The notes: generated by a model from the sequence alone, not told the origin. Counted from the whole stretch's first letter, positions 23,920 to 36,190 are shown. The stretch: 61,629 nt of DNA, filler included, from Sphacelaria rigidula (GCA_964200075.2; 6 parts of 6 records of this genome joined end to end with filler, not necessarily neighbours in it), one strand, 5' to 3'. Program-made: numbers and translations.

Positions 23920-24270
23920 GCGCCCAGGTGGTGTAAATTGAATTTGTCCGACTGTCACCGTTGGGGTGGAGGAAACGTGGATTCCATTTCCGATCCGTTT
24001 CTTTTTTCTCTCTCTCTTCCGAGGTATCTGATTTCCACCGTCGTAAGCGTGAATATACGTGAGTAGGTGAAAATAGTATAGTAGTTGGCTGAGCTTGTTT
24101 GATGAAAGGTTTACCCTTAGGGGAGTGCTGATAGTCATGATCCAATCATCCCGCGAGGTCAAAATGCAAGGGGTGTACCCGGGAGAGATAGGTTTGTGAT
24201 CCCTCCCTTGAGAGCATGGACTCGTCTTGAGGAAGGGGAGGGGTTCAAAATGTGACGAGAAGATTGAATG
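23920..24270 (+). mobile_element. tRNA-derived SINE, family A
   Basis: A-box-like TGGTGTAAATTG and degenerate B box; body and 3' end GAGGAAGGGGAGGGGTTCAAAATGTGACG homologous to 55190-55486. Confidence 0.75.
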
Positions 24271-24274
24271 GTTT

Positions 24275-24540
24275 GTTGACTGTGTGGGTTGACGTCCCAT
24301 GTTTTCTGGACGTCAGTCTACACGTTTCGGTGTATGCGGGCGCATCAGCCGGGGCCACACAGGAGATTTTCTATTTTCTTCTTCATGTTTTTCGTACTGC
24401 AACTCCCTTCTGCGAAGCTTGCCTGTGATTTTTGATCGCGAGAGGGGTTTAGCAGGCCGTTTTCCTCGTCGACCTTGTGTAGTGGAACGTTGTGTATTCA
24501 CGACATGGTCCCTCTCCACTGTCGGGCATGATACGAGATA
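24275..24540 (-). mobile_element. SINE family B body, head missing
   Basis: Aligns with 42410-42625 (TTCTGGACG...TCTACAC.TTTCGGT.TATG.GGGCGCA.CAGC.GGGG...TCGCGAGAGGGGTT). Confidence 0.7.
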
Positions 24541-25229
24541 ATCAGGTATTGTCTACACGTTTTTTACTTCGGTGTAGCAATCCATTAAATTCACACACAC
24601 GTCTGTAGGTATATACTTTGGAGTATATCATATTTACATGTATATTTTGTAGGGTCCGATATATCTATTGTTTCATTTTTTTTCTGAACCCCTGAGGTCG
24701 ACAAGATCGTTTTGCCGGGGCGCAAAGACGGTTGGTGCTGCCGTTGTTTTTGTTATTTGTCATGGTCGTGGTTCTCATTGCTATTGATGTTGTACATTAC
24801 CTATTTTTTGTAGACCCGCCGTCATGGAGCGGCGGCCAGAGCTGGCTTATGTGGTGCTGTCTTTAATGGTGCATTCCATTAGCTTGGAAGGTTTTGCGGT
24901 TGTTCCGTTGCTTATCTTTTTTTTTTATCGGGTCATTGTCATCAGGACATGTATCGGGTTGGTAGCATAAGAAACTTACAGACTTGTCCCGAGGAAGGCA
25001 ATGGGCTGAAGTACAGCGGGAAAAAAATCTTGCTCAGACCCGTGATTGAAAGCGATGAAGACCTGTCATTGTGAATATCGCCTTAAATATCACCCTTTCG
25101 GTGAGAGGTACACACCCTCGAGTAGCGTAATGCAAACCAACCGCGTGAAGGCGCCAGTTGCGCCTAATTCGGACATGAAAACAAATGCACGAGCTCGCGT
25201 CGCTCAATGTCGTCTTGAGTTGAATAAAA

Positions 25230-25387
25230 AAAGTAATAATAATGATGGTGATAAAAAAAGATAATAAATAATGATTGTGACAATGATGATAAATAATAAA
25301 TAAGAATGGCGATAACAATAATAATACAAAATAAGAATAATCATGATAATAATAAAAGTAATGAATAATGATGATAATGAAAATAAT
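25230..25387 (+). repeat. Degenerate (AAT/GAT)n microsatellite
   Basis: Directly visible in the sequence. Confidence 0.9.
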
Positions 25388-26473
25388 GCGTCTATTGATT
25401 GAAACACGCGGGTAGATTTCGTTGACACGTATGCATACGCCAGCAATAGCGAGTGCTGTGCTGTCTACTGCAACCATGGGATACGGTTTGATTGATTTGA
25501 AACAACCGAGGGGTTGATTGCCGCACATTTACTTCCGACCCGCTCAACGAAATCTAGCCGCGGTTGGTTGCGAGATCTCTGGACCTCGAGTTGAACGAAG
25601 TATGGGAGATGTATTTTGATTGTGGTAACTTAAGGATCGGAGACAATTCAGACATGGTACTAGATTCGGTACGTGTGCCTTCAAAAACCACGTTTTATCA
25701 TCCGAGGACGAAAAAAAATATTATCGGGCCCTTGTATGTGTGTCTCACGTGGATTCGATCGAACGATGGTTGTTCCCAACGCGTACCCCGTATCACTCGT
25801 GTCCCAACTAACTGAACTTACTTTTCGAACGTCTCTGGTTGACTGTGAATAAAAATAAATATATGAGGGTTCAGCGACTTGTGAATTTTCAAGGCGTGGG
25901 GCATCTCAGTACAGTAAAGAGGACAAATCTTCTTCGATTGCGCTTCGTTCCCGAAGTAACAGCCCACCTCTCACTGTAACTTTTCGTCTCTTATGATCTA
26001 ATTATTCATTTTTTTATGCAGAAGTATTTCAAGGTTGTGTTGGGTAGGGTATTTCCCACATTTGAGCATTTTGAGGAATCGTACTCTGAGGTACCCAGTA
26101 CTCACGTAAAGCATTGAGATCGTACTCAACAACATCCAGATATCAGGTAGATTATTGCGATCGCCCCTAATTCTGCCCAATATTTCGGTAGAGTTTGGAG
26201 ATGGGACCATGGTCGCACAGCAATCGGGATCGTACCCAACACGCGATTGAAGTATTCTACTATTTCCTAAACTACCGAGAAGAAGACGAAAACGAAACGG
26301 AAGTAAATGTCGTGTGCCCTATATCTCCCGTTACAAATATTTTGTGCCCAACTAACGAACCTCATCTCCATTTTTTTTGTTGTCGTCTGTCTTGTTCCAT
26401 TCCCCATGGTCACCTTTCCATTCGTTCGTCTTTTTTTTTGTCCTTTTGTTCTCTTGTTCTTCGGTTTCCGTAG

Positions 26474-26599
26474 GCCTACTTCATGGACGAGGAAACGGAA
26501 ACGCGCGCGATATTGTGCCGGGGCAAAGATCGCTTGGTGTTGGCCTTCAGGGGCACCGCTAGACTCAGCAACGTTCTTACCGACCTCAAGATGCACCAG
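26474..26599 (+). CDS. Class 3 lipase exon with FRGT...TDL motif; ends at a GC donor
   Basis: Acceptor ttccgtag|GCC; AYFMDEETETRAILCRGKDRLVLAFRGTARLSNVLTDLKMHQ; donor CAG|gcaagg. Confidence 0.9.
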
Positions 26600-27089
26600 G
26601 CAAGGAGCAAAAGATATCCGAAAGTTCGGACGAGTAATGTTTGGTTTGAAAAGTACTTGCTTTTTTTTTTAGTGTAGTTGATTCGTACCGCACGAATCAA
26701 TCCTTGGCTCTCCGATTTGAGCGTGGCAATGCACCCCCGGTGTATGCGCACGCGGGGTTCGTGGAGGAGCTCAAAAGTTGCGTGGAAATTCGTTTGGACC
26801 CGTACCCAGCTTTGTTTTTGTTTTTGGCGCCTCTTTCGAGCAATCTGGTATGGCCTCCGAAGTCGTTTTGTATCTGAGTGCGGGATATCTTCGCCGGGAG
26901 AGACAGAACGTTCTGCTCCAATCCGCGCATACTTTACTTGTGATCGCGGCTGGGTCTCTTGGGGATAAGTCAATGCACGGCAGTCATAGTCAGTGTGAGC
27001 GATGCAAAGCAGAATTGCAAGTCGGCGAGCCTGCCTAGTAAATCATTGACACGTCGGACAAGTCATGAGTTAACTCAGCTCTGTTATAT

Positions 27090-27215
27090 GACCCATCCAG
27101 TGGAAAAAGATACCGCTGGGTTAAACCGTACAACTCAGCTGGTGGAAAATTCTACCGCTGAGCTAAACATTATAGCTCTCCCAGTAGAAATAGATACCGC
27201 TGAGCTGCACAGTAT
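27090..27215 (+). repeat. Intronic minisatellite, ~42-bp unit x3
   Basis: CCAGTGGAAAAAGATACCGCTG / CTGGTGGAAAATTCTACCGCTG / CCAGTAGAAATAGATACCGCTG. Confidence 0.7.
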
Positions 27216-27360
27216 ATCTCGACAGCTGGGTTGTGGGTTGTACGCAAATGAGTGATATGAAGTGAGTTGTCCGACGTGTAAAATCATTATATATGATCTC
27301 ATGTATAGAGTCCTCTCGGTGTTGTCGTTTGTCTCGCCTAATTATGTTCTGTTCGGCCAG

Positions 27361-27428
27361 GTGCCGCTTCCGCAACTCCTGCCCGCTGGACGTCGTCCCA
27401 TCGTCATCAACCCTCCGGATGCCAATGG
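27361..27428 (+). CDS. Class 3 lipase exon (phase 0-2)
   Basis: gttcggccag|GTG...GG|gtaaaa; VPLPQLLPAGRRPIVINPPDANG; bridges the phases of exons 26474-26599 and 28843-29792 exactly. Confidence 0.75.
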
Positions 27429-27804
27429 GTAAAAATCAGTGTTGAATTTACGGGGGGGGGGGGTTGTCTGTACCAATTTTTCGTGTCTATTTATCTCTTT
27501 TTTTTTCTTTCTCATCCTGCCCCTACTTCTTTCGGTTACCAATATTATTTTTTTCTGCCGCGTGTCTTCGTTGAATGCTGCTGCTTATCCGTCCTGAGTA
27601 CGTTTGATGCTGTGACTGTGACCACGGCCGGCGGAAACAGTGGTGCATCAACTCATGTGCGGCAATATACCCATCAATAGATCAAATTCTGTCGTCGTAG
27701 TTTTGTGAAACCACTTTAAGTATTTTGCAAGGATGTTCACGTGCATGAGTTTTGCCGGGCGGTCATAGGGGGTTGGGGGACAGAGCGGCAGGGGGGGGAG
27801 GAGG

Positions 27805-28050
27805 GGAGGGGGGTACTCATGTTCTTGTATGCAATAGTCATAAGACAACTGACCTCGCATCCCTACAAAGCCGGGACAGAGCACGCAGGGTTTTCGTCGT
27901 ACCAGGCTTGCAATTGATCACCAAGCGCGAAGCGCCGTGATGTGTCCTGTGAGTTGCATGAAGGGTGAGATGCATCGTGCTGAGATTGTTCGGCCCGAAG
28001 TGTACCGATTATGTTGCATGTGGATGGCGGCCTGCAATGAGTTGCTTTAT
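27805..28050 (+). repeat. Dispersed repeat R1 copy (a further fragment at ~28330-28378)
   Basis: GGGGGTACTCATG...GACCTCGCATCCCTACAAAGCCGGGAC...CAAGCGCGAAGCGCC. Confidence 0.85.
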
Positions 28051-28842
28051 TTTCTGGTCTCGCCACTTCCAGAGACAGCCACGGGTTATACACTGCCTCA
28101 CGGGCGTCTCACCATTCAAACACCACGTAGGACGATCATCCCCTTTGTGCGAAGTTGGGGTTCTCCCACGCCGCATCACATGATCTAGCTCGACCACCAT
28201 CATGGTAACCGCAAAAAGAGCGCAAGCGCGCCAAACAAATCGGTGAGCTGGTTACCTAGAGTAAGGAATTAGTGAGTGGCGTGTGTAACGGCGTCATTGC
28301 CAGCCGACGCCAACCTTATAGGGGGTCCGTCCCTACAACGCCGGGACGGAGCACGCCGGGTTTCCGCCGAACCAGGCTGGGGGAGACAGAGGGGGAAGGA
28401 GGGGGTTATCATACCCTTCCTGCGACTGCTTGGAATTTGAAACTATGCGTAGATTTCGCGTGTGTTGGGAGTGGGATGATTCATTTCTCGTTGGACGTGA
28501 CTCCCCCCGTTCCTCGGCACGAATTGGTACTGTCGAGGAATCAGCCTCGGGGTATCCAATGATTCTTTTTTTCACCCTCGGTGCTTGCATCGATTTGGAG
28601 ACTTTGGATCCTGCGTGTCGCAAAAGCCCGCCACCGGAAGTTTGTGGCAAAACCACCCGTCACTGATATGCTGTACTCTCGTTTCCTCACTTCAGTGCAT
28701 TACAGTAAGATGCACAGAAGCACATCTCTTGCGCAAAATCATTCGTTTTCCGTTCCCTCCCCTGCACCCACCCACGCACCCAACACCACCGCCCCGACCG
28801 AATGCATAAAAAAAGGATGTTTTTTGGCGCCGCTGTGAACAG

Positions 28843-29792
28843 CCGTGGAGGCTCAGGAACTAGCGATTTCGGCGGTGCGGCGTCCAGAGTGCGCAGCGTC
28901 AGCGGCAGCAGCAACAACAACAACAGCTACAACAACAACCACTACAACAGGATGAATAACAGCAGTACCCGTCGATCGCCCAGCCTCCGCCGACGCACCG
29001 GGAGCTCCGCTAACAACAGCGGCAACAACACCAGGAATAGTAACAACCTCCGATCTCTTCGAGGACGCAGCGGATCCCCGTTAAAACGAAGGACCTCCCG
29101 GTCTACTGCTGCTGCTGCTGCTGCTGCTGGCCGTACTGGCGCTTACGATTCTGCTTCCCGAGGTCGCGTGGATGGAGACCGGTTCCGACGCGTCGTTCCC
29201 GGGAACGGCAAGGGAGGAACGGAAGATTCCCTCGAACCTGTTCGTGGTCGTTCTGCTGCTGCTGCCGCTGCTGCCGTCGTGGGGCCGGATGGTGAAGACG
29301 GGGGTGGCGATGCCTACGGTGGAGCTAGCGGTGATGAGAGTCGAGCGGACAGAAAGAGAGACATCGATGATGCCGATCAAGGTGTTGATGGTAACAACCA
29401 CCGCACCACGGCAGACACCGCGCTTGTAACGAATGCCGCCGCCCCCTCCGCAGTAGAAGCTGAAGGGGAAGCAGCAGAAGCAGCAGCGGCGGCGGCTGCT
29501 GCTAAAAATGATCGCAATTCCATCCTGTTCCCGAGTGGCATTCCGGAAATCAAGACAGGCAAAAGCAGCGGCAATAACAACAGCAACAACACTAGCAGCG
29601 ACGGAAACACTGGAGACCAGCTTGCCTCCGTCGACGATGTCCGCGATGGTGTTAAGTCGGACGACGATAGAGTTTCCGCAGGTGCGGCCACGCCCACGGA
29701 CAAAAAGCGTGGTCGTGGGCGTGTTGGAGGCGGGCGTCAGTGGGAAACTTCCCCTGTGGCAAACGATGGCGCTCGTCGGGATTTCAGAGACG
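28843..29792 (+). CDS. Large low-complexity exon (~316 aa; poly-Asn, poly-Ala, Ser/Arg/Gly-rich), in frame with the lipase
   Basis: 950-nt open frame, acceptor tgaacag|C (phase 2), donor GACG|gtgagc (phase 1). Confidence 0.75.
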
Positions 29793-30632
29793 GTGAGCGA
29801 ACGTGGGACAGGGTCGGGGGGGCGGTGGGGGGAGGGTGGTATCTCTAGCAGCTGTTGCCGGTATGGTAGCTAGGCTAGCTTTTGGTCAGGATGTTACTGC
29901 ACGAGAATTATGCGGGTATAGAGAAGGGCGTTTCTATCGCGTTCGTCGATCTGCGCATCTCTCATGGACATCTGTTCCTGTAGGGCAAAGATTATCACCA
30001 CCTCTACTCTACCACGGGATGGGGTGGCTATATTTGGTGACGGAGTCGTGCTGTAGATGGTATCAATATGAAGACAGTCGCTCATGCAAGCCGGGCGTGG
30101 ATTTTTCCAATGAAAGTTGAGCGATAGAACACGTCACGGGTATGCTCGGAAATCCAACAACAGTTTTTTTTTTTTTCATAGCTGACGTGGTGGTAAATAT
30201 GATTAATATACTTTCAAAACAAATCTGTATGGGGTTGTACCGATAGATTGTTGGACGTTGATGACCAAATTGCATGCGATGCACTACTGTACTCACTGTT
30301 TTAGGGTCAGGAGCGAAATTTCGGCAGCTGCTCGCATTAACCGAACGCTCTTCCGTGTTTGTCGATTGGTCAAGAGGGCATAGTCGAGAGAATATCAGCT
30401 GCTGCTGCTACTCGTTCTTAGAGGGCTGTGTCTTTTTCTCGCTCTTTGTTACCAACGTCTTACACACACATCGCAACAACCCAAGTCACCGCCACATGTT
30501 CGGCACTGAACTGTTCCAATGGTACTGCTCCTCCTCCGCATAACTTGCTCCTGCGGATGGATACTGTAACGACAAGGTGTCGTGCGCACGAACCCCCATG
30601 TGATAACGAGAGGTGTTCTTCATCGAGTCCGG

Positions 30633-30766
30633 GCGGGGGGGTATACTCATGATCATGCATACTATAATCATAAGACCATTGACCTCGCACCCCTACAAAG
30701 CCGGGACGGGGCACGCCGGGTTTTCGCCGGACCAGACTCGCACTCAGTCGCCAAGCGCGAAGCGCC
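30633..30766 (+). repeat. Dispersed repeat R1 copy, truncated by contig end
   Basis: Closely similar to 54845-54933; ends at CAAGCGCGAAGCGCC. Confidence 0.9.
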
Positions 30767-30866
30767 NNNNNNNNNNNNNNNNNNNNNNNNNNNNNNNNNN
30801 NNNNNNNNNNTTAATTAATTAANNNNNNNNNNNNNNNNNNNNNNNNNNNNNNNNNNNNNNNNNNNN
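30767..30866. other. Artificial 100-bp contig spacer
   Basis: N44-TTAATTAATTAA-N44. Confidence 0.99.
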
Positions 30867-31104
30867 ACGCCCTCCCCCACCCCCCTTTATGCGCTGCAAG
30901 CCCATCAGGACTGTGGCTAGTGGGACGAGGCGGTCATCGGCTTCGCTGATCATGTATCCGTGGAAGCCTCTGTCATTCATTGAGTCAAACCACTGCTAAT
31001 CGCAAAGGTAGCCCTCCTCTATGCTGTGGCATTGATTAAACACTCCCAGCAAATTGTAGCTGCCCGTGGTCAACAGCAGTGCATACATTTGAAAACCTCT
31101 TAAT

Positions 31105-31713
31105 TTTGGTATTTTCTGTCTTGTCACTGTCATATGTGACCTATCCCCATTAGATGCATTGGCACTTTGGTGCTGGTTGCATTTGCTGGTATGCGTGACT
31201 GGGCACTGGAACGCTGTTCGGTCTACGGGTGCCTGGGTTATTTATACGCGGGTTTTGGGATGCCTTTGGTTCCGGTGACAACCGAGTAGGGAAAAGTCCT
31301 CGCGTTAGTAACAAAGCTGTGGGTATGATGTTCTCCTTCTGGTAAGCATTGTGCTATTTTGGCGAAACATCATCGAATTGACCCTTGCTTCTTGTTATCT
31401 AGTGTCATGTAAGTGTGTCATCTAGTGTCACGTAACTGTGCCATGTGTGACATATTTCCATTACATGCATTTTTTGCACTTTGGTGCTGGTCGCATCTGC
31501 TGTTCATACATGACTGGGCACTGAGACACTAATCGGTCCATGGGCGCTTGCGTTGTTCATGTCCGGGTTCTGGGATGCCTTCGGTTCCGCTGACACCGGA
31601 GTAGGACAGAGGCCTCGCGTTAGTAAAAGAGCGGTGGGTATGATGTTTTTGTTTTTAAATCTTGTGAGCACTGTGCTCTCTTGGCGAAACATCGTCAAAA
31701 TGACCCTTGCTTC
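31105..31713 (+). repeat. Tandem duplication (~310 bp x2) between the Gypsy integrase and PPT
   Basis: GCACTTTGGTGCTGGT...GGGATGCCTT.GGTTCCG.TGAC...CCTCGCGTTAGTAA...TGACCCTTGCTTCT occurs twice. Confidence 0.85.
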
Positions 31714-34074
31714 TCGTCCGCGACTCCCCTTATTGCTGAGAGGCTGTCTTCCTTGGGAAGTTGTACCCCGGTCACCGCCAACATGTCAGACGTTATTCCG
31801 TTCACGTCTGCAACGTTCAAACGTCGTTTCATATGCAATTCTCACTCATCTCCGAATTGTAACTCCAGGCTACTGCTCAACCCTCAACCCTTAGACCGCG
31901 AAGGTGGTCCATCTCGATCACGCATACGTTTTGCGAGTGAACTTGATGCCGATTCAACAGATGACCTACTCTCGTCGTCTAAGGGTTAAGCGTTCTGCTA
32001 GGACGCTCGAACAGTCTGTTGAACTATCACTTCCGTTTTCGTTTCCCAGTGTATTTGGATTTCGAGTCCGGACGTGAGCACTCGGCTGACCAATTGTCAT
32101 GACGGTATTTGTCGATGAGATCTTTGCATTGTGGTATTTCATCGGCTCGATAGGTTAGGTCGGATGCTGGGCCGTAGCCTTCGAGTCTCAACCGATATGT
32201 ATAGCTATGAAGACTTTTAAGACCTGGTCCTGGAGCGTGGCCCACGACTTTTCCCATAACGTAACGTTCTATTCTAGGCAACGTTTCGTCTGGTTGGTCC
32301 ACCTCTGGTGGAGGTATTTGTTTGCCCAGGAGCAACTCGCTCAACTCATCGAAATCTGGTGCTGGTGGTGTTTCCCTAGCGTGATATTTCTTCAAGTGGG
32401 CGAGATGTACTGACACTCCTTTAGAGTCGTCACCTACTTTGATTTTGTGCACAAGCGGCGATTGTCTCTCGGTTATCGTTGAAGGTCCTCTCCATGGTAA
32501 TTGGAGTTTCGGGTTCGGCCCTTCTGAGTCCTGGTATGGTCGGTAAAGGAGTAAGTACCTTTTGACCAAGTTTGAACACTGGAAACGATTTTAATTTGCC
32601 CTTGTTTTCTTGCTGGTTCGCTCTTTCTCGTAGAGATTATCTCGAAATTTCAAATCCCAACTGTGGGTTTTCCCGTGCACCTTTGGAAAAATCTTCGGGT
32701 GTTGCGGCTTGGCTTTTCTCAGGTAGGCCGGGGATGATGTCGATTGATAATCTGGGCTGTCTTCCGAACAAAAAAAATACGATGTCTCCTGTACTGTATT
32801 GTAATAAGATGTGTTGTACGTCACTGAGATTACCGGAAGCATGGATGCCCAGCTTTCGTTTCCAGCTGACATACGCATAGCTAACATCGCGTGCATAGTG
32901 GAGTAGATTCGTTCCGACACTGAATTACCTTGCGGGCGCAACGGTGTCGTGCGATTTTTATTGAAATCCATCTCTTGTTGCAGTGTGTATGTTAGCTTGT
33001 TTTCAAATTCGGCTCCTTGATCAGAATGCCGCTTTTCCGGAATGCCAAATGTAGTGAAACTCTATCGAGAAGAGTCTTGGCTATTGGCGTGGCCTGTTTA
33101 CTTGATAACGGAATGAGCAAAGCATACCTTGTGAGGTGTTCCATTTCGGACAGCACATATTAAGATAGTTTTCCAGCGTTTGACATCGAAGCTGTTTTGT
33201 ATTCGACTAGGTCTACCGACACTCTTTCGTGTGGCCGTTCTACCGGAACGTGTCCCATCGGCAAGTTTTGGCCTGTTGTGGATCGTTTATTCGGCGTTGG
33301 CAACCTTTACATAGTGTGCGTACTGCCGTGTTTGCTCTTTTCGACTTTTTTTCGCGGTCGACTGACATGAAGACATTCGTGGCGCTTACGCATACTGATT
33401 TCACGCTGAACAGCTCTCTGTTATTTTGTACCTGCTTTGAACTGCCGAGCTTCTCAGCTGATATTTGAAACTGGTGTTGTCGTGAGAGGGTGTCTGGACA
33501 ACATGCGTCGACGTTTAATGTAACGTTACCGATTCATTAGGGTACGGCGCAGAATGTAGCCTGACCTGAGCCTTAACAAGTGGAGCTTCATTTTCGACGA
33601 TGATGGACCCTTGTCCGGTGTACCGCTTTTCCAACAGCTGTTATAAAAGCTGCTTAGGAACCAACTTTCATCGTGCTATTGTTCAGCTTCTGCTTCATCC
33701 TAGTATGTACTTTCACGTATGTACGTCACAACTGGGGGCTGTTTTGGTGCCTCACCCGAGGAGTTTCTGCACTGACGAGGAAACCCGCTTCTCTCCGACA
33801 TTTTTCACTAGATGGTTGACACTTTTCTCAATTGCATGCGTACTGAGGTGTGGAATATTGAACTGTCTGTAGTTTCCAACTCCTCTCAACTCGTGAGCTA
33901 GGATGCGGTAAGACCGTCTAAATGGTTGAAAATGACAAGGTAGTGCATTTGCAGGTTGCGTAGAACTTTTTCACTATTGCTATTTCGAGTCACCGCGTTT
34001 CCAGAGATCGGCCTGCTTGATTAATTGCCATGCCTCTTGCACTATGGTGGTGAAAGGTTGGCTGATACGTGTGT

Positions 34075-34260
34075 CTTCGCTGTTTGACAAGCCATGCTGG
34101 TGACATATAATGCACGCCGATGAGACTAATTTCGCGTTTCGCTGTTTAACTAGCCATGCAGGTGACATATGATGGCACACTGAGGAGTCTAATTTCGCGT
34201 TTCGCTGTTTGATCAGCCATGCGGATGACATATAATGAACACTGAGCGGGCTAATTTCGC
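34075..34260 (+). repeat. Tandem repeat, ~61-bp unit x3, within the upstream part of the Gypsy element
   Basis: TTCGCTGTTT...AGCCATGC.G.TGACATAT.ATG...CTAATTTCGC repeated three times. Confidence 0.9.
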
Positions 34261-35987
34261 CTTGACCCAAACGCATTACTCCGATAAGCTCTCAACCCGA
34301 ACAATTGAGCACATGACCCATAAGTTTCACCTGCAGTAGCGCTCCTTAGAGGACCCTGGTGTTTCTGGCGTCGAATCAATCGATTATCGTTCTTGTTTTT
34401 TACTTCCACTGCCTGTCTTGCCTGAGTTCTTTTCTGGTGTCATCAATATGAGGAAGACGTATCGCTAGAGTAGACAGAGACCCACGGGGGAGACTGTCAT
34501 TGGACATGTCGTTCCGATGACGAAGGAACTCCGACGCTGGCGATGATTTCCTCTTCTGATACGTGAGCAAGAAGTGGGTCAGACATGAGTGTGATCACGG
34601 TGAGTTCATCCGTTACCTTGGGGATGTTGGGCCGCCTCGATATCGGGCTCTTCCTGGCATCACCCCGAATAGTCTAGTATCGTTGACATTACAGGGTCCC
34701 GGTAATCTGGCCATTTCGGACCGTTTCTACCTTGCACCTGCATGCGCTGGTTCTTCATGCGTGTGTGGCATCGATCTCTGATTCGTCTCTGCAAAGAGGT
34801 GTCTTTCCCACACACAAACATGTATGAGCAAAATATACACATGAAGGCAGGAAAGAACAAGAACAAACCAAGAAAACATTGCGGGTCACACGGTACGCTG
34901 GCCAGGACAGGCCAAAAAGACCAAACAGGGGAACTACACAGGTTTATATACGTGTGCGTGCGTTCTCGTGAAGAGGCTGTGATTGAGGAGGCAAGGAACA
35001 AAAAGGATCGATTGAAATCAGGGAACTGACAAAATCGGGTGCCCTAACCGCCTATCATCAGACACAATGGGGGGCACATGTAACTCACGACCGCGGGAGC
35101 TGCCGCCGCACGGCCCAGAAAATTCAAAGCTCAATCCCGACGAAAATGAAACACGCCCACAGCCCATGCAGAGCATATGCACCAATTTTCGTCAAATCTC
35201 GGGCGCGACTTCAGGGGCGAAATAGCACCGCAGCAGAAAGGTGTTCGAATCGAATCCACGTGTATGTGCATGCCTACATGTGTGTGTTTTGGCGAAGAGT
35301 CCGTGGGTGAGGGTGGAAACAAGAAAAAAGAGGATCGTATAGAAAAAACGGAGGGGGGAAGAACGCACAGCAGCTGACACCCGGATTCGAGTGAACAGTG
35401 ATGCCCACAGATCTGATATACTAGTACTTTTCATGCGTCGCTGGCGAATGATGCTGCGCTACGATGATGATGGCTGGCTCCTTGCCGAACAGTATTCACA
35501 ATTCATTCTTCTACGTGACTTTTGACCAATACCCCCTCCGAAATGAATCTTGAAAAAGATAGCGCGAAACAGGCAAGCGGGTCGCGAAACGGTTGGAGGT
35601 GAGAAATCATCGACATGTCTTCAGCTTAGTACAGTGCAGTACAGCGTAGTACAGCACAGTATAGCAGGATCAGTATACCGATTCCTGTGGAACGTAAAAG
35701 TGATACAACTCTGTGACCACAGCTGCCTATTGAAATACACATATGCATATGAAATTAAGACGAAAACATACACCAAACAATTAACCATCACCCCCCGGAC
35801 AACAGATTCCATCGTGAAAAAAAGTACTGCGTACAGATTGGAATCTATTGTCTGCTGCACTAGGCGCAATAGTCAACACTGTACACAGTACACTTTTGGA
35901 CAGAGTAGTCCATTGTCCAGCGTGTGTAACCGTTAGACTTTCAAGCACGTGGTTTCAAGCTGCATCGGTGATCTAAGCAAATTGGTG

Positions 35988-36190
35988 CCTCTGGCGCCAA
36001 TTGGGTCGCAAGAATACGGGTTCGATTCCCCGGCAAGATGTTCTGTTTCTATTTTCCTCATTAGTGTCAGATTTCCGTCAGCGAAAACGTGAGGACGTAC
36101 GTGAGGACATACGTGGGTAGTAAAATGATGACTTTTTGACGAGAGTCGACGCGGCGATAATGGTCGCTGATAGTCATGATCAAATACTAA
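35988..36190 (+). mobile_element. Degenerate SINE family A copy
   Basis: B box GGTTCGATTCCC at ~36019-36030; GATTTCC...ACGTG.GTAG...GCTGATAGTCATGATC collinear with 24030-24143. Confidence 0.6.

Larger units (their letters stand above)
30867..34780 (-). mobile_element. Decayed Ty3/Gypsy LTR retrotransposon with chromodomain integrase; RT/RNase H apparently deleted; 5' limit approximate
   Basis: Integrase at ~32027-33330: CKGCQRR, VSVDLVEY, FGIPEKRHSDQGAEFENKL, TTPLRPQGNSVSER, KLQLPWRGP (GPY/F), then chromodomain-like YVMGKVVGH...YRLRLEGYGPASDLTY. Polypurine tract at ~30870-30888 abuts the contig edge where the 3' LTR should begin. Confidence 0.85.

Noticed and set aside
26729..26790. VYAHAGFVE as the lipase HxGF motif
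   Set aside because: No suitable splice sites in that frame, it lies beside an intronic repeat, and the phase-consistent path goes from 26599 to 27361.
34075..34260. CRISPR-like array
   Set aside because: Whole units repeat with no unique spacers, there are no cas genes, and the context is a eukaryotic retroelement. The same applies to 27090-27215.
35160..35175. Primer-binding site for the Gypsy element (TGGTGCAT on the minus strand)
   Set aside because: Match to a tRNA 3' end is too short and no adjacent LTR boundary could be defined.
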